A DNA stretch of 63,860 bases, filler included, from 9 parts of 9 records of this genome joined end to end with filler, not necessarily neighbours in it, one strand, 5' to 3'. Numbered from the whole stretch's first letter, positions 36,371-47,530 are shown. The notes: a model not told the origin generated them from the letters alone. A program made the numbers and translations.

Positions 36371-38083
36371 TCAGTCAATATAGAAAAGCAGGTCATCCAG
36401 GTCATCGCAGATGAGCCTGGCTTTTTCAAATTCCTTATCCTCCACGGCATCGGTGATCTCTTCCATGAGATCGATGATCTCGTCCTGGTCCTCTTTGGAG
36501 GCGATATCGAGTTTCTCCCTGGCCAGGGTCAGGGTGTCGGTGATGTCGGAGGGAATGGTTTCCATTCCAGCCGTCCCCAGGGATGGCCCCCCGTTGATCT
36601 TTTCTTGGGAGGTGCGTATCCGGTCCGGGTCCTCACAGGTGAACAGATTGTCGATCACGGCGTTTAATTTCCGGCCCGTCTCCTTTTCCACGGCCTCAAG
36701 TTTCAGGATGCCGTTCAGGTCCAGGTCGTATTTTAGGGTGATCATGCTGCCGGCCTGGCTGTTGGAGAGGTCAAACCGGTAACTGCCGATGAGGATGTTG
36801 TCCAGGGCGTTTTTCTCCTCCCCCTGGAACACCTGGATCAGGGCGAGTTCCTGGTTGTCCACCATGGTATAGAAGGTCTCCGTATGGGATACCGGCAGCT
36901 TGGTGTTGCGCCGGATCAGGGGCACAAACACATGGGGATCCAGGCCCGCGTCATTGATTTCCGCAGCCGAGGTGCCAAAGGTGTACGGGGTGATGTCGAT
37001 CAGCACCCCCGAGGTGTCCACCCCCATCTCCCTTGCCGCCTGGATACCGGCGCCGAGCGCCACGCACAGATCCGGGTCGATCTCCTTGCTGGGATCGATT
37101 TTGAGCTTCTCCTTGAGCATCCTTGCGATCATGGGGATGCGGGAGGAGCCCCCCACCAGCAGAATCCGGTCGATTTCGCCGGGGGTGACGGCGGCGTCCC
37201 GGAGGGCCTTGGTCACCGACTGCATGGTTCGGTCGATATCGTCCCGGATCATCTCCTCAAACGCCTCCCGGGTCAGCTCCACGGACAGATGGATCTCTTC
37301 GGTGATGTGATCCGCCTCGATCCGGGTCGTGTCGGCCCGGGACAATTCGATCTTCGCCTTTTCCGCGCAGGACTTGAGACGGGCCAGCACCGCCCGATTG
37401 TTTGTGACGTCCAGGTGGTGGGTCTGCTTCAGCTCCCGGACAAGCCACCGGATGATCCGTTCATCGAAATCATCCCCGCCAAGCCGGTTGTCACCGGTGC
37501 TGGCAAGGACCTCCACCACCCGGTCCTCGATTCTCACAATGGAGACGTCAAAGGTGCCGCCGCCCAGGTCGTAGACCAGGATGGTGCGCTTTTCATCCCC
37601 GGCATTGCTCCCCTCATAGGCCAGGGCGGCGGCCGTGGGCTCATTGATGATCCGAACCACCTCAAGGCCGGCAATGGCGCCGGCCTCCTTGGTGGCCTGG
37701 CGCTGGGCATCCGTGAAATAGGCGGGCACCGTGATTACGGCCTGGCCCACTTCCCGGCCCAGGCTTTTTTCCGCCTTCTCCTTGAGCGCTTTCAGGATGA
37801 GGGCTGAGAGCTCCTGGGGCGTATAGCGCTTGCCGGCCAGGGGAATCTCCTCCGCCTTACCCATCTTTCGCTTTACCGAGAGAACGGTTCGCTCCGGGTA
37901 GGCCACGGCCTGGTTCCTGGCCGTGGTTCCCACGATCAACCTGTCGTTGTCATCCACCCCCACGCAGGAGGGCAGAATCCCGTCATCGCCGTCCCGGAGA
38001 ATCTCCGGTCGGGTTGCATGGACAAAGGCGACCTCGGAGTTGGTGGTGCCCAGATCGATGCCGATAATGAGGGGCTTGTTCAT
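36371..38083 (-). CDS. Non-canonical Hsp70/DnaK-family protein (short lid)
   Basis: GIDLGTTNS, VITVPAYF, RIINEPTAAALAY, DLGGGTFDVS, LVGGSSRIP, linker VLIDITP; 570 aa. Confidence 0.93.
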   Translation of the reverse strand: MNKPLIIGIDLGTTNSEVAFVHATRPEILRDGDDGILPSCVGVDDNDRLIVGTTARNQAVAYPERTVLSVKRKMGKAEEIPLAGKRYTPQELSALILKALKEKAEKSLGREVGQAVITVPAYFTDAQRQATKEAGAIAGLEVVRIINEPTAAALAYEGSNAGDEKRTILVYDLGGGTFDVSIVRIEDRVVEVLASTGDNRLGGDDFDERIIRWLVRELKQTHHLDVTNNRAVLARLKSCAEKAKIELSRADTTRIEADHITEEIHLSVELTREAFEEMIRDDIDRTMQSVTKALRDAAVTPGEIDRILLVGGSSRIPMIARMLKEKLKIDPSKEIDPDLCVALGAGIQAAREMGVDTSGVLIDITPYTFGTSAAEINDAGLDPHVFVPLIRRNTKLPVSHTETFYTMVDNQELALIQVFQGEEKNALDNILIGSYRFDLSNSQAGSMITLKYDLDLNGILKLEAVEKETGRKLNAVIDNLFTCEDPDRIRTSQEKINGGPSLGTAGMETIPSDITDTLTLAREKLDIASKEDQDEIIDLMEEITDAVEDKEFEKARLICDDLDDLLFYID

Positions 38084-38101
38084 AGTCTGCTTCCTGTTGC
38101 G

Positions 38102-38881
38102 TTACTCGGTTACGATCACCTGGGCCGGCAGAATTACCTGGTTTTTACGGATGAAACCGCTGGAAACCTCTGTGTGGACCCTGCCCGGCTCCATTCCCTT
38201 GACGGTGACCCGGTCCACCGCGTGCATGGTTTCCGGGTCAAACGTTTCCCCTTCGGTGATAATGGGAGTGGTCTCGGCCATGGCAAGGGCCTTGTCAAAT
38301 TTGTTCAATGCGATGCCGTATGCCTGGACCAGGGCCCGTATCTTTTTGCGTCGCCAGAAAAAGAGGGTTTTCGCGCTTTTCTGGCCCGCTTCCATGCCCC
38401 GCTTCAGGCTGTCCCGGACATCGAAAAAGAGACGAAGGGTCTTTTCCTCGGCCGAATCATGGATCCGAAGCTCCATGGCGTCGATATGGGTGATCTTCTC
38501 ATCCATCAGGGTGATCAGCTTCCCGGTCTGGTCGACAAAGTCGTTGAAATCTTTCAGGACCTTGACGTTCTTTGCCTGCTCCCTGCTCTGGAGGCGGATC
38601 TCTTTTTTCAGGGATGCAAATTCACCCAGCAGGGTAAACAGGTCCATGTTCTCGACGCTGGTTGGATCCTCCGGCGTCGCGGGGGCCTCCAGGTCCATGA
38701 GCCATGATTCAAAATCCGCTTTGACCGCGGTTTTCCAATCCTGCTGCAGACCGTGCCGGGCCTCTTTCAACCGCACCCGCTTGTCTGCAAAGGAGCGGAT
38801 CGCTTTCAGCGATCTGAGGGTCACCTTTTGGTCCCAGAAGTCCCTGGCCGATTTCATCTTTTCCTTAATGGGTTCCATCAT
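38102..38881 (-). CDS. GrpE-like nucleotide exchange factor with an N-terminal extension
   Basis: Coiled coil, FFDVRDSLKRG, GETFDPETMHAV, GFIRKNQVILPAQVIV. Confidence 0.85.
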   Translation of the reverse strand: MMEPIKEKMKSARDFWDQKVTLRSLKAIRSFADKRVRLKEARHGLQQDWKTAVKADFESWLMDLEAPATPEDPTSVENMDLFTLLGEFASLKKEIRLQSREQAKNVKVLKDFNDFVDQTGKLITLMDEKITHIDAMELRIHDSAEEKTLRLFFDVRDSLKRGMEAGQKSAKTLFFWRRKKIRALVQAYGIALNKFDKALAMAETTPIITEGETFDPETMHAVDRVTVKGMEPGRVHTEVSSGFIRKNQVILPAQVIVTE

Positions 38882-39166
38882 CTTTTTGTTGAGCCTCCAT
38901 CAAATCCTTTAGACCGGGAGAGCGCCTCTCCCGGGTTGCCGTTGTTTGCAGAAAATCATCCAGGGCTTCCGACCATACCCGGTAGGCACCCGATGTGCCC
39001 ATCACCCGTGATCTCACCCTTGCTCTCTTGTCTTTCAGGGCCTCATAGGCCCGTGTTATCCGTTTGAAATGATCGGCATGGGTTTCAGGGGGAAACTGCT
39101 TCACAAGATTCAGGTAGGCGCGGCGGATCTCTTCATCCCCCGCGTCCTCCCCCACCCCCAGCAACC
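38865..39166 (-). CDS. Short J-domain-like protein with FPPE in place of HPD; 5' truncated
   Basis: LGVGEDAGDEEIRRAYLNLVKQFPPE....FKRITRAYEAL. Confidence 0.82.
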
Positions 39167-39266
39167 NNNNNNNNNNNNNNNNNNNNNNNNNNNNNNNNNN
39201 NNNNNNNNNNTTAATTAATTAANNNNNNNNNNNNNNNNNNNNNNNNNNNNNNNNNNNNNNNNNNNN
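39167..39266. other. Artificial contig spacer
   Basis: N44-TTAATTAATTAA-N44. Confidence 0.99.
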
Positions 39267-39791
39267 CCAGCCCGAGGTCTCGGCGCTGATGATGCCGGCA
39301 GGCAGTACTTTAACATTGTAACCGTAGTGGTCATACATCTCCTGATACAGCTTCAGGCCGTTGCCATAGTAATACCAGGCAATGTACTCAGCGGGTTCCG
39401 GGCCAAAGGGAAAGGAGCTAAACAGCACACTTGCCGGATTTTTACCTGCATAATAGAACGCGGCGGTGTACCCGGCGTTGGTTTTACCGCTGCTCACAGT
39501 ATCCAGTACTTCCAGCGGGGGAACCAGTTTGCCCGGTTCATACAACTTCATTTTAATGGTGCCTTGGCTGGTGCTGTTGATCCGGTCGGCGATAAAGCCG
39601 ATGATGTCATCACCCAGCACCGGCACGCTGAATGGCACCGAACAGGGCACCTTAAGCAAGACTTTTTTAGCCAGAGCCGGACCGGCCCCGCCCATTAAAA
39701 AGGCAAACGCCACGGCCATGATCAGCCCCGTGTCCATAAGCCTGCTGAACGTTTTTGGTAGTACCCTTTTGAGTTTTACCTGACTCATCAT
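39267..39791 (-). CDS. TRAP transporter substrate-binding protein (DctP/TakP-like), 3' truncated
   Basis: Signal peptide, YEPGKLVPPLEVLDTVSSG, PFGP, WYYYGNGLKLYQE, ETSGW. Confidence 0.88.
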
Positions 39792-40143
39792 CCTTAACTC
39801 CTTTCAACAGCGTCGGTTATTTAATCTAATGCCATTCGTATTTGATGCAGTTGCATAATGGCACCTCTTAATTTGATCGGCACTACAATCAAGATAGTAT
39901 TATTACACTGAAATGGGGTATTATCCGTATTTTTTACCCATGTCAACTCATGCGGTTAAATTCGCGTAACTGATCACAAAATTTATAGCTCCGTGATTTT
40001 CCATACGGCAGACATATAACTGGTCACCGGTACCCAAGGTTTGAACAAACGCGATTAGCAGCTATAGCCCCTCTATGCGGTTAAGAGTGATCGCTTAAAG
40101 AGGTAAGGACCGACGGAAGACTCCGTGAGATACCTGTGAGTAG

Positions 40144-41421
40144 TTACAAATTCTCAGCTACCAGCTGTATAGGATGAATCATTTTCAAAGGATCATCCGG
40201 TTTCAGGTGCAGCCTGAGATTCAAATGACATCCGGGACATCCCGTGGCCCAGAGCCGGGCACCTGTTTTTTTTGCATGTTCTATCTTTTTTTCGGCAATT
40301 TTTCCAGCAATATCTGGGTGTTCATAGGCAAAGGAACCTCCGCCCCCACAACAGGAATCCGCATCAACGGACGGACGAAAATCAATGTTCGGCAATTTTG
40401 AGAGCATATTTTCGACCTTGTTTTGAACCCCTTGTGCGTTTCTCAGATGGCATGGATTGTGGTAGGTGACAGGTTTAACTGTTGCATTCGCATTCAAAAA
40501 AGGTTCGAGCAAATCAAAATGGTCGGCAATAAATTCTGAGACATCAAATACTTTTTGGGATAAGGACAGCGCCTGTTCTTCAGGACGTCCTAAAGATTTG
40601 AGCAGAGCCCCGTACCCATGGCGCAGAGCAGAACCACAGGTGGCGCAATCCGTTAAAATAGCCAGTGCATCGTCCTGGTTGAACAGCTTGATATTTTTTT
40701 CGATATTGGAGACGGCTTTGTCGGTCTCGCCATGGATAAATACCGGCAAAGCGCAGCAGACCTGATCTTTGGGTATCACCACATTATACCCCATCGTTGT
40801 TAATACCCGGACAATGCTCTTTCCGGTATCTTCGAATACATGATTGGTGGCACAACCGGTGAAATACAAAACCGTCCCCTGGTATTCCCCCACGTGCTTA
40901 TTGGTCTCGGGCAACTGGTCCCGGAAAGGACGATCATTAAGTCTTGGTACCTGCTTAAGATTATATTTGGCAATATCCACATCACGGAACAGTCCCTTCA
41001 GCGCTTTATTGCGGCCAAACCTTGCGGCACCTGCAGCAAGGTTAAGTTTTTTTTCATCGCTGAGCAGGTGATAAATGATGCGTAGCGGCCAGCTGGTTCC
41101 AAGCTCGGTGGACAAAGCACTTCTAAGTTTCATAAAGAGGAGGTCATGCCCCAGAGAACTCGGGCAGCCTGCAGTGCAAGTGCCGCACATCAAGCATTTT
41201 GAAAACACCTCACCAAGCGGTTCAGTCAACGTCAGCTTGTCTTCCGTCACGAGGCGGCTGAGCTGCACTTTAGATCGTGGGCTCACGGTTTCATCCAAGG
41301 TTACCTGGTAGACCGGACATTTTTCAAGACAGATACCACATCTTCCGCAGTCCTGGGCCTCAGACCTGTCGCATTGATAAAGGTTCATAGCCACTTCTGA
41401 ATCCGTGACGGATTGGAGCAT
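40144..41421 (-). CDS. glcF: GlcF-like Fe-S subunit (two 4Fe-4S motifs plus CCG domains)
   Basis: CGRCGICLEKCP, CLMCGTCTAGCP, YFTGC, CCALP, YHNPCH, CCGGGG, GCPGC. Start may be 41388. Confidence 0.88.
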   Translation of the reverse strand: MLQSVTDSEVAMNLYQCDRSEAQDCGRCGICLEKCPVYQVTLDETVSPRSKVQLSRLVTEDKLTLTEPLGEVFSKCLMCGTCTAGCPSSLGHDLLFMKLRSALSTELGTSWPLRIIYHLLSDEKKLNLAAGAARFGRNKALKGLFRDVDIAKYNLKQVPRLNDRPFRDQLPETNKHVGEYQGTVLYFTGCATNHVFEDTGKSIVRVLTTMGYNVVIPKDQVCCALPVFIHGETDKAVSNIEKNIKLFNQDDALAILTDCATCGSALRHGYGALLKSLGRPEEQALSLSQKVFDVSEFIADHFDLLEPFLNANATVKPVTYHNPCHLRNAQGVQNKVENMLSKLPNIDFRPSVDADSCCGGGGSFAYEHPDIAGKIAEKKIEHAKKTGARLWATGCPGCHLNLRLHLKPDDPLKMIHPIQLVAENL

Positions 41422-41555
41422 GAGTTTGATATAATAGCCATTTTCAGATTAGTTACCTTTAGTGTTTAAAAAAGCTCAGGCTCGCCTACCGCCCTGCGGG
41501 GCAACCAAACACAGCAGCTATGCTATTTTTCTAATGCTCACGAAACCAGGTCTCT

Positions 41556-42935
41556 TTATACAAACTTGCCTGGATTTAAGATATTGTCAGGATCAACGGA
41601 TTTCTTGACCGTCCTCAGAAACTCAATGGTATCCTGATTCATAGACATAGGAAGAAATGATTTTTTGGCAAGCCCGATCCCATGTTCTCCGGAAAGGCAC
41701 CCGCCCATTTCCAGGGCCAGTTCAAAAATTTTTTCAATTGCCTTTTCCACCCGCTGCCATTCTTCCGTGTTATTGATGTCGGTGGAAATCGTCGGATGCA
41801 AGTTCCCATCACCAGCGTGGCCGACAATACTGATCTTCAGATCAAACTCATCAGCAATTTTCCTACATCCCCGGATCATGGCTGGGACTTTGCTGACCGG
41901 AACCGTGGCATCTTCAACGATCGTGGTGGGGGATAACCGGCTCAAAAGCCCGTATACCGTCCGTCTTCCCTTCCAGAGTCCATCGGCCTGTTCTTTGTTT
42001 TGTGCAATTACGATGTTGTTGGCGCCATTGGCTTTGGCAATGTTACCGATTTCATGAATTTCTTTTTCAACCTGTTCTTCGGGCCCGTCCACATCCACCA
42101 GTAAGATGCCTTCTGCATCGCGCGGCAGACCGATGCCCATGTGATTTTCAATGAGATTGACCACCTCATTATCCATCAACTCCATGGCTGCGGGTAAAAT
42201 ACCCTGACGGATCACCTGGGAAACGGTTTTTGCAGTGTCATTCAAGTTATTGTAAACTACCATGGCGGTTCTGACCGCTTTGGGTGCCGGCACGATTTTC
42301 AAGGTAGCCTCGGTGACAATGCCAAGGGTTCCTTCGGAACCGCAAAAAAGCCCGGCAGGCCTGTATCCAGTGACATCCTTGACATTTGGGCTCCCCATAC
42401 GGATCACTTTACCGGATGCCAGAACCACCTCAAGCCCCAGGATATAATCGACCGTAACTCCGTATTTTAGACACCTGGGTCCGCCAGCATTTTCCGCTAT
42501 ATTCCCTCCAATGGTTGAGATCATATAACTGCTTGGATCCGGAGGGAAAAAATACCCATGGCTCGAAATCGCTTTTTGCAGGTCCCCGTTTATCACCCCC
42601 GGCTGCACCACGACATAACGGTCTTCAGATGCGATGTTTAAAATCCGGTTCATCTGCGTCAGGCAGAGCACAATCCCCTTTTCAACCGGGATGGAACCGC
42701 CGCTCAAATTCGTACCTGCCCCCCGGGCCGTGACCGGAATTTTCTCTTCACTTGCCACTTTCATGATTGCTGAAACTTCTGCCGTTGATTTGGGAAAAAC
42801 AACGGCCCAGGGGCTGGCTTCTTCAATATATGCATCGTATGAATGGGCAGATATGACAGCCGGATCATCTTTAAAACGATCCGCACCCACAATTTCAATT
42901 AAAGCGGTTTTTATTTTTGAAGACAGCATCATCAC
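41556..42935 (-). CDS. glcD: GlcD-like FAD-linked glycolate/D-lactate dehydrogenase subunit
   Basis: ARGAGTNLSGG, PDPSS, GGNIAENAGG, GSEGTLG, GHAGDGNLHP, SGEHGIG, ILNPGK. Confidence 0.92.
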   Translation of the reverse strand: MMMLSSKIKTALIEIVGADRFKDDPAVISAHSYDAYIEEASPWAVVFPKSTAEVSAIMKVASEEKIPVTARGAGTNLSGGSIPVEKGIVLCLTQMNRILNIASEDRYVVVQPGVINGDLQKAISSHGYFFPPDPSSYMISTIGGNIAENAGGPRCLKYGVTVDYILGLEVVLASGKVIRMGSPNVKDVTGYRPAGLFCGSEGTLGIVTEATLKIVPAPKAVRTAMVVYNNLNDTAKTVSQVIRQGILPAAMELMDNEVVNLIENHMGIGLPRDAEGILLVDVDGPEEQVEKEIHEIGNIAKANGANNIVIAQNKEQADGLWKGRRTVYGLLSRLSPTTIVEDATVPVSKVPAMIRGCRKIADEFDLKISIVGHAGDGNLHPTISTDINNTEEWQRVEKAIEKIFELALEMGGCLSGEHGIGLAKKSFLPMSMNQDTIEFLRTVKKSVDPDNILNPGKFV

Positions 42936-43860
42936 TCTATTTCATCCTAATGGGTTTCGGCCGGTCTCTACATATATCTGTGTCAGGCTGCTGGAGCAGG
43001 ATACTCCCTTCAACCATCTTCAAAAATTGGCACCGAATCGTTAATCGCAAGCAGGCTGAACTTCGCCTGACATGGTTTCCGTTTTTTTCCGATTTGTTCA
43101 ATACCTCAATACAATATGTTTTGGAAGTCAGAATCTCACCGTCGTCATTTGGGAAATGAGACAAGAAACGCGGTTTGCGGGAACGTATGGCCTGAATTAG
43201 AGAACGCTGTACCTTCTAAATAATCTGACTCTTAAGCAGTGGGTATAGTTAAGTTAATCTCGTCTCAACACTACTTTAGTGTTTAGGCTGGCACCCCAAT
43301 AGCTGCATAACAATTATAGGCGGACTGCGGCCGCTCGCTAGGGAACCTGCCTTTAGATCAAGGTAAGCTTCCTAAAACCAAACAAACTGTTGCTCGTGAT
43401 TCTCCCCTGTTCCCGTCCCAAACTCACCCCCCTTCCTCAGAAGTATGCCGGGACTTTAAAGGTGGAATATTAGATAGTTGTCTAATGCATTTTATTATCG
43501 CGCCCCTACTTCTACGCTTTATTATTCTCGAACAAAATCTTATTCGCCACCCCCATGGAACCTAACAAAAATAGCGATTAACAAGGAACTCTCTTTTTTT
43601 ATTAACCTCACTAGCCAGATTGTAAATTTAAATTAATATGATATGTTCTTTCTCAGTATAAAAAAATATGGTAGTGGAAGGTCCAGGAAAAATATCGCAC
43701 ACCACACTATAGGCAGGCAGAAACAAAAAACTTTTTTTCATATCAAAGGACAGCATGGAGCCCCCCTCAACCATTTTTTGCATTACCTGGGCTGCAAAAA
43801 GACATGGAGCAACAAGTTTCTTTGGTTAATTCAACAAATTTTTATAAAGGAGTGTATGGA

Positions 43861-45006
43861 ATGGGCATGAGAAAATCCGTAATCACAGCATTATCCCTTG
43901 TTCTAATTTTACTACCAGCATCGAGCCTGATGGCGGCTTCCGTGTACAAGGTGGGGGGAATATTCTCCTCCACAGGAAGAGCCTCTTTCCTGGGTGATCC
44001 AGAAAAGAAAACCATGGAAATGATGGTGGAAAAAATAAATAAAGCCGGCGGTATTGACGGCCACATGCTCGAAGCGGTAATTTATGATTCTGAGGGTGAT
44101 CCAGCCAAAGCGGTCAGCGCCGTCAATAAATTAATCCACAAAGATAAGGTACTCGCCATTGTTGGTCCTTCCACTACCCCAACCACTTTGGCCATTGTCA
44201 ATTTCGTGGAGCGGGCTCAGGTCCCCCTGATAAGCTGTGCAGCCGGTGTCAAAATCACTACCCCGGTTAAGCCCTGGGTATTCAAAACTGCCCAGAGCGA
44301 CCTGTTGGCTGTGGCTGCCGTATATCAGCACATGAAAAAAGCAGGTATTAAAAAAATCGGTATTCTCACTGTGTCCAACTCATTTGGTGAGAGTGGTAAA
44401 ATGCAGCTCTTAGACCAAGCAAAAGACTTCGGTATTGAGGTCGTTCAAGTAGAAAGCTTTGGTGCAAAAGACACGGACACCACCACCCAGCTCACCAAGA
44501 TCAAGGCAGCCTCCCCTGACGCTATTATTTGCTGGGGAACAAACCCCGGCCCAGCCGTGGTTGCCAAAAACGTCAAACAACTTAAAATTGACATTCCCCT
44601 TTACCAAAGCCATGGCGTTGCCTCTCCTAAGTTCATCGAACTGGCAGGGGATGCGGCCGAGGGCATCGTCCTTCCCACGGGTAAAATCCTTGTAACCGGA
44701 CTTCTGGACGACAAGGATGCCCAGAAAAAAATCCTGGAAGGATACCAGGCAGACTACAGCGCCAAATTCAATGGCAACGTATCTGGGTTTGGCGGGTATG
44801 CGTTTGATGCTGTAAATATCCTTGCCAAAGCCTTAAAAGGAAGTAACGGTGATAAAAATGCAATCCGGCAGGCGCTGGAGAGCACCCAAAACCACATGGG
44901 AGCTACAGGCGAGTTCAATTTTTCTGACAAAGATCACAATGGGTTGTCACCAGAGGCTTTTGTCATGGTAGAAATAAAAGACGGTACCTGGAAACTCATC
45001 GATTAG
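43861..45006 (+). CDS. Branched-chain amino acid ABC transporter substrate-binding protein
   Basis: Signal peptide, INKAGGIDG, YDSEGDP, GPSTT, KPWVFKT; AAGGAG RBS. Confidence 0.9.
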   Translation: MGMRKSVITALSLVLILLPASSLMAASVYKVGGIFSSTGRASFLGDPEKKTMEMMVEKINKAGGIDGHMLEAVIYDSEGDPAKAVSAVNKLIHKDKVLAIVGPSTTPTTLAIVNFVERAQVPLISCAAGVKITTPVKPWVFKTAQSDLLAVAAVYQHMKKAGIKKIGILTVSNSFGESGKMQLLDQAKDFGIEVVQVESFGAKDTDTTTQLTKIKAASPDAIICWGTNPGPAVVAKNVKQLKIDIPLYQSHGVASPKFIELAGDAAEGIVLPTGKILVTGLLDDKDAQKKILEGYQADYSAKFNGNVSGFGGYAFDAVNILAKALKGSNGDKNAIRQALESTQNHMGATGEFNFSDKDHNGLSPEAFVMVEIKDGTWKLID

Positions 45007-45104
45007 GATACGGGTAAGTAGAGACAAGGGGATTTGCTTCGAGGGTACCATCTGGAACTCCTCGCCTGCATTTCCCCTTTATTAATATAATTCAAGGCAG
45101 GTTC

Positions 45105-45762
45105 ATGCAGGAAATCATTCAATACCTTTTTTCAGGCATCACCACAGGGGCCATCTATGCTGTAATCGCCGTGGGATTGTCCATGCTTTATAGTTCCACA
45201 GAGCTCATCAACTTTGCCCACGGTGAATTCGTCATGGTCGGCGCAATGGCCATGGTGACATTTTGGGTGCATATGGCTCTTCCCTTACCCATAGCCATTG
45301 CCTGTACTCTTGCCTTGGGGTGTACCTTGGGCCTTCTGTTTGAACGATTTGCCATCCGGACTGCCAGGAACCCCAAGCCCATTGTCCTGGTCATCATCAC
45401 AGTCGGAGCTTCTATCTTTCTAAGGGGAACGGGAATGATCGTCTGGGGAAAGGATCCCTTCAGTGTGCCGCCGTTTTCCAGCCACGAGTCCTTAGAAATT
45501 TTCGGTGCTGCCCTGCTGCCCCAGTCCATCTGGATCGTAGCCGCAGCCCTGCTTCTGGCCGGTGGAATTCATTTTTTCCTGAAACAGACCTTGACCGGAA
45601 AGGCCATGGTCGCCAGTGCCGTCAACCAAAAGGCTGCCTGGCTTAGCGGGATTCCACCGGAAAGAATGGCTGTGCTTGCCTTTGCCATCAGTACAGGATG
45701 CGGTGCGGTTGCCGGCATATTTATTGCGCCAGTCACCATGAGTTCCTATGACATGGGCACCA
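45105..45762 (+). CDS. livH: Branched-chain amino acid ABC permease (LivH-like), 3' truncated
   Basis: GAIYAVIAVGLSMLY...INFAHGEFVMVGA, TLTGKAM.A...N..AA.L.GI. Confidence 0.88.
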
Positions 45763-45862
45763 NNNNNNNNNNNNNNNNNNNNNNNNNNNNNNNNNNNNNN
45801 NNNNNNTTAATTAATTAANNNNNNNNNNNNNNNNNNNNNNNNNNNNNNNNNNNNNNNNNNNN
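45763..45862. other. Artificial contig spacer
   Basis: N44-TTAATTAATTAA-N44. Confidence 0.99.
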
Positions 45863-45915
45863 ATGAAATTTCCATGGTGTTGCGTTTAAACCAGATGGGG
45901 ATGTAGGAGAATAGT

Positions 45916-46662
45916 ATGAGTGGAGGGATGTATCTTGCCGCTGCCGGCGCGTTGGTCCAACAGCTTCGATTGGAAGTTTTGGCCAATAATTTGGCGAATA
46001 TTAATACGCCGGGATTTAAAAGGGAACAATCCGTATTTCAGGTTCCCGATCCAACGGAAAATCAGGCTTCCGGCAATACGATTGAAGGGACGCAACAGTT
46101 GTCCCCATACGCACCACCTTATACAGCCGTAACCGATTTCAACCAAGGGGCGCTTCAACGTACCGGGAATCCGCTGGATCTGGCAATAAATGGCAAGGGG
46201 TTTTTCTCTATTCAGACTCCGGGAGGTATTCAATACACCCGCCAGGGAAGTTTCACCGTCGATTCGGACGGTGTTCTGGTTACCCAGGACGGGCATCCCG
46301 TACTGGGTGAAGGTGGACCGATCTCTTTGGAGGAGGGGACCGTTGAAATTGACGTCGAGGGGGCGGTTTCTGTGGATGGGGATGAAGTCGGCCAATTGCA
46401 GATCACCGATTTCCTCAATCCCCAAGCGTTAAGAAAAGCAGGCACCGGCCGGTTTGTTGCGTCGGGAGAGGGCGTACCCGGTAGACAGGCGGAAAACGTT
46501 TCGCTGAGCCAGGGCTTTCTTGAATCTTCCAATGTCAACCCCGTGAAAGCCATGACTGAAATGATAGAGACGTCACGGATGTTTGAAGCTTATCAGAAAG
46601 TGATATCAACAGCCGATGAAGCAACTGCCAGAAGTATTCAGGATGTTGGTACAACCGCATAG
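45916..46662 (+). CDS. flgF: Flagellar basal-body rod protein FlgF
   Basis: LANNLANINTPGFK, TGNPLDLAI, LESSNVN; position before flgG. Confidence 0.92.
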   Translation: MSGGMYLAAAGALVQQLRLEVLANNLANINTPGFKREQSVFQVPDPTENQASGNTIEGTQQLSPYAPPYTAVTDFNQGALQRTGNPLDLAINGKGFFSIQTPGGIQYTRQGSFTVDSDGVLVTQDGHPVLGEGGPISLEEGTVEIDVEGAVSVDGDEVGQLQITDFLNPQALRKAGTGRFVASGEGVPGRQAENVSLSQGFLESSNVNPVKAMTEMIETSRMFEAYQKVISTADEATARSIQDVGTTA

Positions 46663-46703
46663 GATCGGGGATCAAATTCACGATCCCTATATAGGAGAAA
46701 AAC

Positions 46704-47492
46704 ATGATAAGAAGCCTTTGGTCCGCTTCAACCGGTATGCAAGCACAGACGTTGAACATCGACGTCATCTCCAATAACCTCGCCAACGTAGGTACCTCAG
46801 GGTTTAAAAAAAGCCGGGCAGACTTCCAGGATTTACTGTACCAGACATTGCGATCACCCGGCGTCTCCTCATCCGCAGATACACAGGTCCCGACCGGAAT
46901 TCAAGTCGGACACGGCGTTCGCCCTTCAGCGACACAGAAAATGTTTACACAAGGGGAGTTCAGCCATACCGAGAACGAACTAGATCTTGCTATTGAGGGC
47001 GACGGTTTTTTTCAGATCATTCAACCGAACGGTGAAACCGCTTACACCCGGGCCGGCACTTTTAAATTGGACAGCGAGGGTCGAATGGTGACCTCTGACG
47101 GTTTTCCAATCGAACCCGAAGTGACGATACCTTCAGATACGGTGTCTGTCTCGATTGGTACGGATGGGACTGTTTCCGTACTGCTGGCGGGAGACGACCA
47201 ACCTGCAGAAATCGGAACTATCGAGCTGGCCCAGTTCATTAATCCCGCAGGTTTGAAAAGCATTGGAAGAAATTTGTTTACCCCAACGGCAGCATCGGGT
47301 GACGCGACCACTGGCGTCCCTGGCGAATTGGGGTATGGCACCCTCGCTCAAGGGTATTTGGAACTGTCCAACGTCAGTGTGGTGGATGAAATGGTGAATA
47401 TGATCGTTGCACAGCGGGCCTACGAGACCAACAGCAAGGCCATACAGGCTTCTGATGACATGCTTGAAACTGCAACCAACCTGAAACGATAG
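46704..47492 (+). CDS. flgG: Flagellar basal-body rod protein FlgG
   Basis: [44 protein letters not shown]. Confidence 0.96.
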   Translation: MIRSLWSASTGMQAQTLNIDVISNNLANVGTSGFKKSRADFQDLLYQTLRSPGVSSSADTQVPTGIQVGHGVRPSATQKMFTQGEFSHTENELDLAIEGDGFFQIIQPNGETAYTRAGTFKLDSEGRMVTSDGFPIEPEVTIPSDTVSVSIGTDGTVSVLLAGDDQPAEIGTIELAQFINPAGLKSIGRNLFTPTAASGDATTGVPGELGYGTLAQGYLELSNVSVVDEMVNMIVAQRAYETNSKAIQASDDMLETATNLKR

Positions 47493-47530
47493 CAGGAAAT
47501 CCTGCCACCGTAAAAAAGGAGTAGAGACGC

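Noticed and set aside
36371-38083. Calling this gene housekeeping dnaK
   Set aside because: Short lid, divergent substrate-binding domain and atypical J/GrpE partners indicate a specialised paralogue.
42937-43164. 75-aa ORF immediately upstream of glcD
   Set aside because: No recognisable motif or RBS; cannot be supported as a gene.
45027-45080. Long imperfect hairpin after the ABC substrate-binding gene
   Set aside because: A common mRNA-stabilising or attenuating stem between binding-protein and permease genes; nothing unusual.
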